In this document: in pieces, positions 24,435-37,679 of the stretch
Layout: every line of letters begins with the position of its first letter
How positions within the stretch are numbered: position 1 is the first letter of the stretch
NCBI RefSeq assembly: GCF_902459465.1
Contig: NC_047076.1
Location: forward strand, 7,750,001 to 7,814,000
Reading direction: 5' to 3'
DNA length: 64,000 bases
DNA from: Asterias rubens
Taxonomy: Eukaryota
Notes under the pieces: generated by a model
What the model was told of the DNA's origin: nothing
Database searches by the model: none
The model's input: only the letters and a program-made list of their open reading frames with translations
Position numbers and translations under genes: made by a program

Positions 24435-24813
24435 AGACAGTGGACACTATTGGTAATTGTCAAATACTAGCCTTCACAGTTGGTGTATCTCAACATATGC
24501 ATAAAATAACTAACCTGTGGAAATTTGAGCTCAATCCGTCATCAAAGTTACGAGATAATAATGAAAGAAGAAAACACCCTTGTCACATGAAGTTGTGTGC
24601 GTTTAGATGGTTGATTTCGAGACCTCAAGTTCTAAATCTGAGGACTCAAAATCAAATTCGTGGAAAATTACTTCTTTCTCGAAAACTATGGCACTTTAGA
24701 GGGAGCCGTTTCTCACAATGTTTTATACCGTCAACCTCTCCCCTTTACTCGTCACCAAGAAAGGTTTTATGCTAAAAATTATTTTGAGTAATTACCAATA
24801 GTGTCCACTGCCT
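24435..24813. mobile_element. MITE family A
   Basis: TTAA-flanked, full length, TIRs AGACAGTGGACACTATTGG / CCAATAGTGTCCACTGCCT. Confidence 0.9.
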
Positions 24814-25434
24814 TTAAAGACCCCTTCAAATCCCCTTTGAATCCCTTCATCAGTGGAGGTAAGAAATGACTGTACCCTTTACATTATTCAATGTAATGTA
24901 GATACATCTAATACATAATTCACTCGCAACCAAATACCTCAAGAAGACAAACCACATCCTTCCCTAATAATGTAGCCACCAAACCAGCTGCTGTAGTTTG
25001 TCTGATTTAAATACACCTGTCAGTTGGGCAGGTGATTAGCACCTACTTGGGACCAGCCCACACAATGCCCCCCTTTACTGCTGTATCATTGTAGTGTATA
25101 GTCAAGCCATTAGGAGGGTTGTGTTACAATGTCACCTGCAAAGGTAACTGTTTTCTTTTCTTGGTTGGACAAAGCCCACCTGGTAGGTTAACTGGTGAGA
25201 ATGTAACAGTCAGAGGTGGTTAGTTTTACATCATAGAGCAACCTTGCCCTTACTCTATGCTCTATGGTTACATGTACAGAGCATAGAGCATACAGCCTAC
25301 AGGATAAGCGTTCAGGATTCTAGTCCAGATGTTTGTTTTTAAAGATGATCTTCTCATCAAGAGCACTTGGTAAACTCCCACTAGATGATATAAACACCAA
25401 GCTGGCAACAGCCAATCTCTTTGATACAATATAA

Positions 25435-25715
25435 GTTATCACACAAGCGCGAGTGGAATACGGAGAAATATAGCGCTTCTGCGTCCCATATCCAACGAGG
25501 CCGAAAGTCAAGTTGGATATGGGACGCAGAAGCGCTATATTTTCCCGTATTTCCACGAGCGCGCGTGTGATAACGTATTTATCTTCAAGCAAACTTGGCG
25601 CATGACATAGAACACACAATACGCATGGTAGTGATATTAGCCGTACAATGTAGGTTTTTATCACCACTCCATTCTGCGAATCTGATTGGAGGATTAGCGC
25701 GTACTTGAAGATAAA
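25435..25715. mobile_element. Hairpin element P2 (unclassified)
   Basis: ~62-bp inverted arms 25435-25496 / 25512-25574, then a segment bounded by TTTATCTTCAAG (25578) and CTTGAAGATAAA (25715) containing CTGATTGG. Confidence 0.6.
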
Positions 25716-26441
25716 CATTGATATAACGTCTATGATTTGATGATACATCCTTGCCCTATTGGAAGTACAATGTAGGCCTTATGTTAAAGGGTCTAAATGT
25801 GATTTGTACAACAGCTATGGACAGTAGAATATGTTGTGAAAAAACTTTTCACTTCGAATCAAATACTGGGTATAGAAAAAGATCACTTTTTTAGCCACCC
25901 AAATTTGAATCTTTCTCAGAATTGTGTATTCCAATTGCAGATAATAGTCTTCCAGCGTAAACTTAACCACTCCAGATTTTTTGCATTATCTAACAAAAAA
26001 GCTACTACCTTTTGAAATAAAATTTTCACAGGTTAGTTTTATAATATAGGGCCTATATCTACAACTATGTAGATAATCCCTTCAAAAAGGTAAAATGCAG
26101 AGTTAAACTTTAAACAATTTTGTTTACTGCAATCTGGAAGGTCTCTGAAATTGTAGCAGACCATGAGCAGATATAATTCAAATCTAAATAGGCCCTGACC
26201 ATTTTTAGTGGCTATGGCTATGGCTTGATCACCAGATGAAGCCCATGGTGAAGCTGTTAATGACTACGAAGCCTTCCACAGCTGCAGCCACAGCTGCAGT
26301 CACAGCTGCAGTCACAAATTCAAACATGGCCTTACTTTAAAAAAAAAATTTAAAAAAAACCTGCTTTCAAACCAGGGTCCGATTTCAAAGAGCTGCTCTT
26401 GTGATTGGTTGTAAACTCCCCAGGGAGCTGAGATGGTTTAA

Positions 26442-26700
26442 AGGCAGTGGACACTATTGGTTATTACTTATAACAATTATTAGCATAAAACCTTACTTGG
26501 TAAAAAGTAATGGGGAAAGGTTGATGGTATAAAGCATTGTGAGAAACGGCTCCCTCTGAATAGGAATAGTTTTCGAGAAAGAAGTAATTTTCCACGAATT
26601 TGATTTCAAGTTTTTTTCTTTCATAGTTATCTCACAACTCCAACGACCAATCAAGCTCAAATTTTAATTATTTTATTCATATGTTGAGATACAGCAAGTT
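26442..26700. mobile_element. MITE family A, truncated
   Basis: TTAA|AGGCAGTGGACACTATTGG; internal deletions, right TIR missing. Confidence 0.75.
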
Positions 26701-29540
26701 TTTTAAATTGTTGCAGGCTACCCATGTAGTAGAAATGTTAATATTAGCAGGTAAATAAGTATGTTCAAAGCGCCTTGACAAAGAATCTATAAATAGAAAG
26801 AGCTACAGTGAGTAGCTATTAGCATTATATAGTGTTTAAACACTATCAGAATAATGTCACCCGCCAAAATACAATATACAATGCCGTCTATGAGTGACTG
26901 GTATCCTGCTCATTTGTGCTTAGCTAGCAGAAAATTGTTAAGCAAAATTTAGTTAGAATTTGGCCTTGGGACAGAGAAATGCCTTTGATCGATACGCAAA
27001 TTGAACAATTGGTTCACAAACTCATCTGTGATTGTTTCAGCTTCATTCAGGGAATGTTTGGTAACTGCAAACATTGTTTCTGTATTAAAAAGAACAACAA
27101 AGTGATAAGAGGTTTTTGATTCCGCAGTCACCAGAAGGGCAAAGTGTTTCTTTTCATTGCTAGTAATCCTAACCTGGTATGCTAACAAGTCAGAATGTTT
27201 TAAATTCACAGGTGTAGTGTCAAGGCACCCGATGTTCTTGTTCTCTTGTCCAGGCTCTGTACAAGCCTAGGCTTTTTCCTGGTGCCCTCCTCTTATCACT
27301 CGTTGTTCTTATTTCTTGTATGTTTCATGATTATTTATTGTGATATTTGGAAATAAAAAACAAACAAACAAACTCTAATACATTCTAATTTGAGAAGCTT
27401 AAAGAGTTTGGGTAGTTTTTGTAACACAAAACACAGTGATAGATTAACAAAGCAGGCTGATAATGGAGTCATGTGAAAGCTATCAAATACAACCTGTGCA
27501 ATTGAACAAAAGTTTGTCAGCTCACTGGAAAATATTACCAAAAATAGTTTGGTCCATATCTTCATGGTTGGTCAATGCACAATATAAAAGTAAAACTGTC
27601 TCACATCCACAATCGTGTATAGTATATTTCAGTTTTTCAGACAAGCGAAAATAAGCTGAAAATTGCCTCCAGGCATTTTTGCACTGATATAAGGCATGAT
27701 TGCGTTGATATGTCCTGGCATATTCCACATAAATGTAGGCTCCAAGGCCAGCATGTGTATTGTGTGTTCTTAAGTACCCTCCTTCCACCTTTCTTGACTT
27801 AAGACAGAAATTGACATTTTTAATGAGACCTTGAGTCTTTACAGCACAGAAGGGAATAAGTGCAGAGCTTTACAGTTCCTCGGGTAAACTTGAAAGGAAT
27901 ATAATCAGGACCAAGGAATTTTCTACCGGCTTCTTTTAATATTAGAGTCAGTTCTCTCTCTGTCTGGTGAAGCTGGCGTAATTTGTGGCAGACTTTAGCC
28001 CCTTTCAAACTGGACAAACTCCCCAGGAAATAACTGGGAATGTTTGGTCCACTCTTTCATCACAACTCAATTGTTAACCCTTGCAAACTCCCGCGGAAAT
28101 AGCCCTTGGAAAGCCCTCGAAATAGTTATCCTTGCTTGGGAGATAGGGTTAAGGACAGTTCATGTACTTGCTTCAACTGGCGTGTGGTGGCTAGTAGCTC
28201 CTGAGTATTTATTTCCTCTGGGAATTGGCTCTGGGGTATTATGACAAAGTCTTTTAATTTGTTTGTTCAAATTTATAGGAGTTATTGGGAAAACTATGTA
28301 AAGCGTTTCCCACAGTGAATCAGACTTGGTTAGCAGACCACTACTAAAGGAGAACATACGCTTATCAAGGTAAACTACAACCTAGTAAGAAAATCATGCC
28401 TCAAGCCTCATGAATAATTTGTGAACCCACAACTTTTTCTGGACATCAAAGATTTGAGGGAAAATACTGTGCCCATTGGAGAGCACACTATTAACATGGA
28501 CCATTTGGGGTATACAAGACTTTAGAGTGCTGCCCATTTTGCTCACAATCTAAGGGTCCTTAGTCCAAAATAAAACCAGTTAGTTCTTTCTGGTGTTTTC
28601 ATTTTGGAGGGGAATATCTATATAAAATAAAATAAAATAAACAAATAAAAATCCTAAAAATTTACAAGAAAACAGAAGGTACACTTCTATCAGCAGATAT
28701 TTCTGATTTGATTTCAAAAGGCTGAGACTTTTAAAATATTCTATGATTTTTATTTTTTTTATTTTTTACATTCAGCATTGGCTGATACGGGGACCTTGCT
28801 TAGTGTGAGGCACCCTCAGCAGTGGTGTCTGAATATACTGCCCTCTCTTGACAACAAACACTAAAGATAAAATTAGGAAATCATGTAGATGAATAAATCT
28901 GGCTGTAATTGGTTCGGAAATAAGGATGCGGGGGCTCGTAATTGCCAGATTATTTCATTTGAAACTCATCTTAGAACAGCTGACTTTGTTTCCATCTACA
29001 ACATTAAACTTCCTGTACGAGACAGGTGGCCTGAAACCATTGACGGTAATCACATAATTATAATAACCAGGTTTGAATTCGAAGAAAGGGAAAATCCCAG
29101 GAACAGTCTCATAGGTTAATTACTATTTTTTATTTTTTACTTAAGTACTCCTAAAAATGAAATTTGTGTGGGCACACCCCACACAAAGGTGACATAACGA
29201 AAGAACTCACTAAAATCAATGACTATCTTTATTGCTTTTAAAAGGGGTTAAACTCTCCCACAATCCTGTATGTAAAGTAATGCGCGAATTCTTGAACTTG
29301 AACACAAAGTGTACACAATTGAAAAATGTTCTTCTGTTTTGTTACTTTATTTTTAGAGTACTGTTTAATTCCTTTTCTGTTTTGATGAGCAAATAAAAAA
29401 GCTCTGAGTTTTGAAGTTTTGCGCATGGAGCGTTAAACATGGATGAGACTTGACCAACTTGAAAATTCCTGGAAAATTGCTTCCAGGCCAGGTTTCCTCT
29501 TATTATACTAGACCCAGAACCTCACAGACATTACAATTAA

Positions 29541-29922
29541 AGGCAGTGGACACTATTGGTAATTACTCAAAATAATTATTATTAGCATAAAACCTATCTT
29601 GGTGACGAATAATGGGGAGAGGTTGATGGTATAAAACAATGTGAGAAACGGCTCCCTCTGAAGTGCCATAGTTTTTGAGCAAGAAGTAATTTTCCACGAA
29701 TTTAATTTCGAGACCTCAGATTTAGAACTTGAGGTCTCGAAATCAACCATCTAAACGCACACAACTTCGTGCGACAAGGGTGTTTTTTCCTTTCATTATT
29801 ATCTCGCAAGTTCGATGACCGATTGAGCTCAAATTTTCACAGGTTTGTTATTTTATGCATATGTTGAGATACACCAACTGTGAAGGCTAGTCTTTGAAAA
29901 TTACCAATAGTGTCCACTGCCC
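29541..29922. mobile_element. MITE family A
   Basis: Full-length, TTAA at 29537-40 and 29923-26. Confidence 0.9.
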
Positions 29923-30227
29923 TTAAACAGGTTAACAGACTCTGTGCATCCCCAGAAATACAAAACTACAGTTTTTGACATAATGTAGACCTGTTTTACT
30001 TCTGTCAAGAAACTTTAAAAGCTAAAAAAGGTTTTGAAACAATCCTGAGATATCATGTCGGGGGTTTGCCTTAAAAAAACTCACTCGTCGGCCATACAAG
30101 TCAACCAAAATAGTAAAGTAGGGATTTGACATGCCTGCCGCTGTTTTTTGCTCGCATTTGGCGACTGGGCGACTGCTTATTTTGAACCCTTCTTGTGCTT
30201 GGTCACAAATATAAATCAGTATCTTAC

Positions 30228-30323
30228 CGGAACTTGATGTTGTGGCATAGGCCTCACTGCATAGGCAATCGGCTGAGGTTGGGATATCGGTGTTCGGGAC
30301 TTAATGACTGTCACTGGTCTACT
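30228..30323 (-). CDS. Internal coding exon (SRPVTVIKSRTPISQPQPIAYAVRPMPQHQVP)
   Basis: Acceptor atttcacctcag|AGT, donor CCG|GTAAGA, 96 nt phase 0-0; joins in frame to QQRIPY of exon 7831-8079 across a ~22-kb intron. Confidence 0.75.
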
Positions 30324-31265
30324 CTGAGGTGAAATCTATCCGATCAAAAAGAAAACATTTATAATGAGTGATAACTTCCCATGGTAGGCTTGTAGGATAT
30401 TGGTAATCCTGCATAACTTCCCGTGATTTAAAAATAAGTTGTACGTTGTAGGAGTGGATCCAAAGTAGATAGTTTAAAGGAATACTACCTGCAAATCGTT
30501 AGTTTTTAGAACAAGAGTGGACTCATTGCAGTCCTTTTTAAAATCAATTCAAATCACATTTATTTCTATAATGCATTAAATACTTTGTAGTCTTGTATCT
30601 TATGTGAAAACCAAACCATTTCAATCATGAGGGTGTGTACAACAAAGTAGACAGCTTTTAGTTTGTGTTTCTTTCGGTTTTACTTTACTTTCTCAAAAAT
30701 ACAGCACTTTTCTCACTAACTATCCACACACATTACGATACAGCTCTTGCCAACTATTCGACTGGTCTAAACACAATGTACAGGCTTGATACTTCACGGA
30801 GGCAACAAAGGCGTTTGCTTCCAGGCGCATGGTCATTGCCTTGGTGCCCTTGAAATGCTCCAGTACAAATTTACAATTTCCTAATAAGTTGCCCTTTACC
30901 GTGGAGAAAATGCCTCAGTGCCCTTGCCATTTCAAAAACGAAGCATACAGGCCTGAATAAAGTCTTTGAAACAAAACTTAAAATGTTGAAAAGGAAGACT
31001 GAAAAGTGTGTGATGTAAATGTTAATCGGATGGACATAGGGCCCTGGCCGATGAATCATTTTAATTTAACTTCACTTTTTCTTGGAAACGTCAGGCCAAA
31101 TTAATCCGAGTTTGATACATTGAGGAAAGGTGCAGTTCGCTTTTAAAGATAAGGTGTGTGATTTTAAATTCTTTTCCAACTATATAATAAGTAATTTTAA
31201 TTTATAGTGAGCAACATCGGTGACAGTTACTTTGTAATACACTTCTCAAAAGACAACCTTATTAA

Positions 31266-31643
31266 AGGCAGTGGACACTATTGGAAATTGTCAAAGACCA
31301 GCCTTCGCAGTTGGGGTATCTCAACATATGCATAAAATAACAAACCTGTGAAAATTTGAGCTCAATCGGTCTTTGAACTTGCGAGATAACAATGAAAGAA
31401 AAACAACCCTTGCAACACGAAGTTGTGTGCGTTTAGATGGTTGATTTCAAGACCTCAAGTTCTAAATCCGAGGTCTCGAAATCAAATTCATGGAAAATTA
31501 CTTCTTTCTCGAAAACTACGTCACTTCAGAGGGAGCCGTTTCTCACAATGTTTTATACCATCAACCTCTCCCCATTACTCGTCACCAAGAAAGGTTTTAT
31601 GCTAAAAATTATTTTGAGTAATTACCAATAATGTCCACTGTAT
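31266..31643. mobile_element. MITE family A
   Basis: Full-length, TTAA-flanked. Confidence 0.9.
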
Positions 31644-31877
31644 TTAACTGATATCTCTGGTAATAAATATCAATAATCACAACAATTGCTCAACCTAATG
31701 ATTAATTTATTGTCTCTACCCACAAGAAAACCACCAAGCGAAAGTAGTAGTCACGGCCGATTTCCTACCTTCTTCCCAGGTAGTAGTGAACAACCAGGAC
31801 AGTTCTTTCCTCAACCCAAAATTATCGAAAAAAGTCAGTTTTCCATGTGGTTAATTACAGTATTTAAGTGACCTTAA

Positions 31878-32084
31878 AGACAGTGGATACTATTGGTAAT
31901 TGTCAAAGACCAGTGTTCTCACTTAATGTATCTCAACATGGGTGTTTTTTCTTCCATAATTCTCTTGCAACTTCCAAGACCAAATTAAGCTCAAATTTTC
32001 ACAGGTTTGTTATTTTATGCATATGTTGAGATACACCATGTGAGAATAGTGGTCTTCGACAATTACTTATTGTGTCCAGAGCCT
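31878..32084. mobile_element. MITE family A, internally deleted
   Basis: TTAA|AGACAGTGGATACTATTGG ... TTGTGTCCAGAGCCT; about half length. Confidence 0.7.
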
Positions 32085-32825
32085 TTCTTGCATCAGGTGA
32101 ATGTTCCAATGAAAATGATGCACTTCCCTGGCTCCCCTAAACAACAGACACGGCAAACACAACAACGGCAAACCTTCCATAAAAAAGTCCATTTTACTTG
32201 AACAAAAATTGTTCTCGTACTAAACCTATTATTTTTGTTCCTTATTTCTTTCTACTGATATAGCACCAAGAGGCTCACAATAATTGACAAATCCCTGTTA
32301 TTAATTAGTTCGGAGGTCAATGGCATTTCAAGACTCAAGGGGTGGTATGTGTCATTAAGACTTGGAGCTATGCTTTGTGTTGAAAACTGTTAATTACTTA
32401 ATTTGAAACATCCTTTAGCTAGAGTGATGTCAAGTCTTCTTCGTTTGCACTGTCCATTAAGGTGATAAAGCAGCTGGACATTTTCACACTTCTAAAACTG
32501 ACCACAGAAATCAAAAATATTGTCCTCCGAGTTGGACATTCTGACTAAGTATTTTCATTGTTTTCACAAACAGCTAATTCAGCAAAAGATCATGTTTTTG
32601 AATTTAGAGAGATTTTGTTCTTCTTTTTGTCAAATGGATAATTAAGTACGTGCATAACAAATTATCTTTAGTTTTACTGCAACGGGATGAATCTCTTGGC
32701 ATATACATGAATGTGTTTATTGGCCAAACTGTAATTTTCACAAATGACCAAATTTAAATGACATTTTTACTGGTGGGCTGTATGATGTGTTGAATAAAAT
32801 GAATTAGTCATAACTCTTCCAAACC

Positions 32826-34010
32826 AATGCCAAGGCCAGGAACAGAGGAATGCCAAAGCCTAGACCAGGCAGCAACAAGGACAAGACCAGGGCAACATCA
32901 AGGCAAGACCAGGCAACAACAAGAGCAAGACCTTGGCAACACCACGGCTCAGACCAGGCCATGCCAAAGACAACACCCGGGGAATGCCAAAGCCAAGACC
33001 AGGCAATGCCAAAGCCAAGACCAGGCAACAAGAAGGACAAGACCAGGGCAACATCAAGGCAAGACCAGGCAACAACAAGAGCAAGATCATGGCAACGCCA
33101 CGGCTAAGAACAGGCAATGCCAAGGCCAGGAACAGAGCAATGCCAAAGCCAAGACCACGCAACAACAGGGACAAGACCAGGGCAACATCAAGGCAAAGAC
33201 CAGGCAACAACAAGAACAAGACCTTGGCAACGCCACGGCTAAGACCAGGCAATGCCAAGGACAACCCGAGGCAATGCCAAAGCCAAGACCAGGCAATGCC
33301 AAAGCCAAGACCGGGCAACAAGAAGGACAAGACCAGGGCAACATCAAGGCAAGACCAGGCAACAACAAGAGCAAGACCTTGGCAACGCCACGGCTAAGAA
33401 CAGGCAATGCCAAGGCCAGGAACAGAGCAATGCCAAAGCCAAGACCACGCAACAACAGGGACAAGACCAGGGCAACATCAAGGCAAGACCAGGCAACAAC
33501 AAGAACAAGACCTTGGCAACGCCACGGCTAAGACCAGGCAATGCCAAGGACAACCCGGGGCAATGCCAAAGCCAAGACCGGGCAACAACAAGGACAAGAC
33601 CAGACCAACACTAAGGCCAAGACCAGGGCAATGACAAGGCCAAGACCAGGGCCCAATTTCACAGAGCTGCTTAAGCACAAAATTCGGCTTAAGCAAAATA
33701 ATCCATGCTAAGTAAAATCAGATTACCGGCCAAGACTCCCCTCATTTGCTATGTTAAGTAAACAATAGCTAAATACCAGTCACAAGCAATGTATTTGGAG
33801 TGAAATTTTGGCCAATAACATGTGTAAAATAAGCAAGCTATTTTCGTGCTTAACCAAATTTTTTGCTTAAGCAGCTCTATGAAATTGGCCCCAGGCAACA
33901 ACAAGGATAAGACATGGGCAACGCCAAAGCCAAGACCGGGCAACAACCAGTACAAGACCAGGGCAACGAAAAGGTCAAGACCATGGCAATTGCACTACCA
34001 AGACCAGGGT
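32826..34010. repeat. T-poor compound satellite (CAAGACCAGGCAAC-based ~11/22-bp monomers in larger blocks), interrupted by a MITE
   Basis: Repeated AAGACCAGG(G)CAAC/CAATGCC motifs; the + strand is strongly depleted of T, which explains the stacked ORFs. Confidence 0.9.
33650..33891. mobile_element. Harbinger-type MITE with CAG TSD
   Basis: CAG|GGCCCAATTTCACAGAGCTGCTTAAGCA ... TGCTTAAGCAGCTCTATGAAATTGGCCC|CAG. Confidence 0.85.
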
Positions 34011-35145
34011 ATATATAATAACTACAAGTAGAAAGCTGACGGACCAGTGAAATGAGAAGCTAGTCCAGTTGGCTTGTCACTGAACAGTCCCTTTAAACTG
34101 TAGGCCCTTACACCTTTTCACAGGGTATGTGAAGTCCTGCCCATTCTGGATGATTCATAACATCCAACCTGATGTTGTAGTAGTCGGTTGGGATCATGTT
34201 GCTGTTGGTGGCATTGGACATATGCATGTTTATTTCCCACACCATGACAGCCCAGAAATCACTGAAAGTACATGCCCCATGGGGAAACTGACAGGGCTAG
34301 GGAGGGACAATCTACAATGAGTTTCTGATTTGATCATATGGTGCTCGACAGAGATTTCTTTATTGAAATGTTTTGGGGATTGTGAAATAGTGATGTTCGT
34401 TTCTTTGATGAGATGATCTTCCCAACAAGAGAACTCGGCAAACCTCCCTCATGGGGATATTAGATAGCAACAACCAATCTCTCACACAAACATTGGTTTA
34501 ACTTTTCTTCTTTTTTAAGTAAGGTATAATAATGTTAAATTAATTAATCATTAAATTAAGATTCATTGTGGCCAATAATGCTTTTTATAAATTTTAAAAA
34601 CTTTTAACTTCAACAATTGTCTCCAATATTTCAAGATAAGCATCTTTTTGCCCTCGTTTCACAATGTATTCTGTATATCCTCTTTCAGGTTTTTTTTCAA
34701 ATGATAATCACAGGTTTTCATTGTAGTTTTTTTCAAGTCTGAGAAATGCTGCACTCTCTTGCAGACATCTCCAAAATCCAAAGTAAACAGCAATGTAAAT
34801 GTGAGACATTGTCATAAAAAGACAATGGAATCATGCTTGTGCAGAGCAGAGGCATTTGATTTGGACTAGACAATGTTTATCAAGACCATGGTCTCCCTGC
34901 GTATATCCCTTTTATGTAAAAAGGCCAAGAAGAGTTCATGAATGATGCACCACCTTCCCTTTAATGAGAGAACAGACCTGATGTAACATGACTCTCTCAA
35001 CAGAAACCCTTGGAATGTGTAGGGTGTAGGTCAGCATACCAACAGGTACACAGTCACAGGGACCATCTGCTCACTGTGATACAACCTCAACATTTATTCA
35101 TCATAATGATCATCCTTTGCTAGTACATTTACAAACACGATTTAA

Positions 35146-35503
35146 AGGCACTGGACACTATTGGTAATTAATCAAATAAACTGTTAGCTTAAAAATTTAC
35201 TTGGTAACGAGCAATGGAGAGCAGTTGATAGTATAAAACATTGTGAGAAACGGCTTCCTCTGAAGTGCCATAGTTTTTCAGTAAAAATATTTCAATTGAT
35301 TTTGAGACCTCAGCTGAGTTCTCAAAATCAAGCATACGAAAGTGCACGACTTCGTGCGACAAGGGTGTTTTTTCTTTCATTATTCTCTCGCAACTTTGAC
35401 GTCTGACGACCAATTGAGTTCAAATGTTCACAGGCTTGCTATTTTGTGCATATGGTGAGATACACCAAGTGAGAAGTGACAATTACCAAAGGTGTCCAGT
35501 GTC
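35146..35503. mobile_element. MITE family A, older diverged copy
   Basis: TTAA|AGGCACTGGACACTATTGG ... CCAAAGGTGTCCAGTGTC|TTAA. Confidence 0.8.
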
Positions 35504-35871
35504 TTAAATTAAGGTAGGCCCTGTTGCCAAATTTGGGTTGACCCCTTTCACATTGATATATAGAGGACTACAGGTTCATGTGTAGTAGGTATCTCATGGG
35601 TAAAGAAATATGTACGGGGTGGAAATACTGACAAAACTGATCCATGATGTAAACAGATTTTCCCAGAGTAAATCGAGTATGTGGTGTTTGCACAAACATT
35701 TTTTAAACAATGGGTATTGTTAATAATGTTTTGACTGTGTTTCTTGTTTAGTTTGATGACCTTATGAGAGATTCTAAAATCAGTCAATATATCTTTGCAA
35801 TCTTTATTAACGGTGACATGACAGCAGGGTTCTCCTGAGAGAATAATGGCTTTGTGACCTCGGCTTCTTAC

Positions 35872-35909
35872 CTTCAACTCATTTGAGAAATTCCTAATTC
35901 CTGTAATTC
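35872..35909 (-). CDS. Candidate 38-nt internal exon (xITGIRNFSNELK)
   Basis: Acceptor ttattacattcag|GA, consensus donor AAG|GTAAGA; phase 1-0, so it needs an unidentified upstream phase-1 exon. Confidence 0.3.
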
Positions 35910-36016
35910 CTGAATGTAATAATGAACGTCTTCTAATAATCATGTACCAAAATACTGCCCTAAATATAAAACTAACCCTACTGGTTAGAGGGAAAATGAT
36001 TCCTTCTGGTGAAGGG

Positions 36017-36237
36017 TAGACTTGGCCCAAGATGTCATGGATCGATAGTGGATTGTGTACTACGCCCAGCCAGGGAACATTGCAAATCTCTACAGCGCGC
36101 CCTAGTGCGATATGACTTAGCCAACTTCCTTGCACTAACTGGTTAAATCATACCATAGGAAGGCGCACTGTAGCGATTTACAACTGAGCATAGGTAAACT
36201 ATCCCCTATCGATCACTGACATATTGGGTCAAGACTA
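36017..36237. mobile_element. Degenerate foldback element
   Basis: TAGACTTGGCCCAAGATGTCATGGATCGATAG / CTATCGATCACTGACATATTGGGTCAAGACTA plus inner CTACAGCGCGCCCT / AAGGCGCACTGTAG. Confidence 0.5.
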
Positions 36238-37679
36238 AGGGCTGATGTGACAAGACCCACACACATTGGTGCATCGATCTAGGCCCACTCTATAGCCTTT
36301 GCCAACCAATAGACCCCTTGCTATTGGTGTATAAAAACGTGTGCATGATCGTAACATATCAGCAGCATTTTGCGTTATATAAGGGGTCTGTAGTGTCTGT
36401 AGGGGTCTGTATTATGGTAGCCTAATTAGCATGAATTGTTGGCAGAGCTAATGGGAACTTTTGCATGCTAGAGTTGGTGGCAGCGGACTTAACATGTAGG
36501 CCTATTTGTCCATGGTTTACCTAGTTTCGGGAACTTGCCAAGAAACCTCAATTTACATTAGTGTCTGCCTTGAAGTGTAGGCCTACATGTAGGCTACATT
36601 GCGTATAGCATCAATGAAAGCCTCGCATTTGGGTACACCAAATTGTTTGAACAATGCACGAAGACATTTTATTTATGTTTTATTTATGAGAGATCCCCAA
36701 ACATCACAAGCCCTGATGAAAATCTTGAGCAGTTTACCCAGGAAGATTAATCCCAAATTGGAATATAAACAATCAAAATGCTTTAGAATACCCTCTCTCT
36801 AAAATCACATTCTTTACGAAGGAAATTATGTCTCAAAAAATTAAACATTGTCAACAGCAGCGATTCTTACCTAAAGCAAGTTTTTGAGGTCAATCATTTT
36901 TTTAATGATTAGTTACCAAGGTATAACCTCCCTTTAAAGATAGACAAGGTTGGGAAATTGTCATTCACTGGTGGTAGATGAAGTGCAAGCAAGACAGCAG
37001 TGCTAAACAATTTTGCCTAATAATATCTGCAACTTTTACAAAACAAGTTTGGCAAGCAGTCCAGACTCTAAGCAGAGGATCTATGAAGTATGATTCAGCC
37101 AAGGGTCTCCAAATCAACTTATTGACCCTCCAGAAGTCCCTTGAGTGTCTCCATCTTATAAACAAAACACCCTGATGGATGACGGCCCACATGGTACATT
37201 CCTCAGTCAAAAGTTCACAGGGTAAAAAAGGTAACCCACAAATTTCTCAACTCAACTGAGCTAGAAATTGAACCTCCAAGCTCATAAAGTAACTGACACA
37301 GTCTCAACCCTAACTCCCAAAATGAAATAAGAACACATTGGCCTATTTTTCAAATAATCAATTTGCAGATAAATACATATTATTGTTGTTTTCTATTCAG
37401 CCTGGAAGCTTGAGGTTAAAGTATGTGAAGGTTTTGATAATTGGATTATATGATCATGACAAACCAAACGGAATTTTCAAAACCCTAACTGAAGAGTAAG
37501 TTGGTTTAGAATTCAACCTGCATGTTTGTTTTTCCAACTGCCCTTCCACCACTCTTTTCCTCAATTAATATAATTTTCAAAAAGAAACAGCAAAGCTTCT
37601 ATTTTGATTTGGATGTCTTGCAATTTTGTTCAAAAAATGCATTCTAACACTTGTAGTGTCTTGAAAAAGTTTAACTTAA

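Noticed and set aside
24287-24775. 162-aa ORF and similar short ORFs at 13699, 29553, 31423, 40298, 43039, 63629
   Set aside because: All read through MITE family A; no transposase motifs.
26949-28017. Three short minus ORFs that look like decayed coding sequence
   Set aside because: They do not join into one frame and show no convincing RT, transposase or cellular motifs.
32804-33696. Many overlapping ORFs including a 234-aa Q-rich one
   Set aside because: T-depleted tandem repeat that cannot form stops on one strand; no splice signals or unique sequence.
34115-34290. Minus frame FSDFWAVMVWE... recalling the PTP motif DFWxMVWE
   Set aside because: Motif spacing is wrong, no other phosphatase motifs, and the stronger donor is out of phase with the next exon.
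35548-36135. 195-aa minus ORF
   Set aside because: No recognisable domain; it starts inside a foldback element and has intron-like composition.
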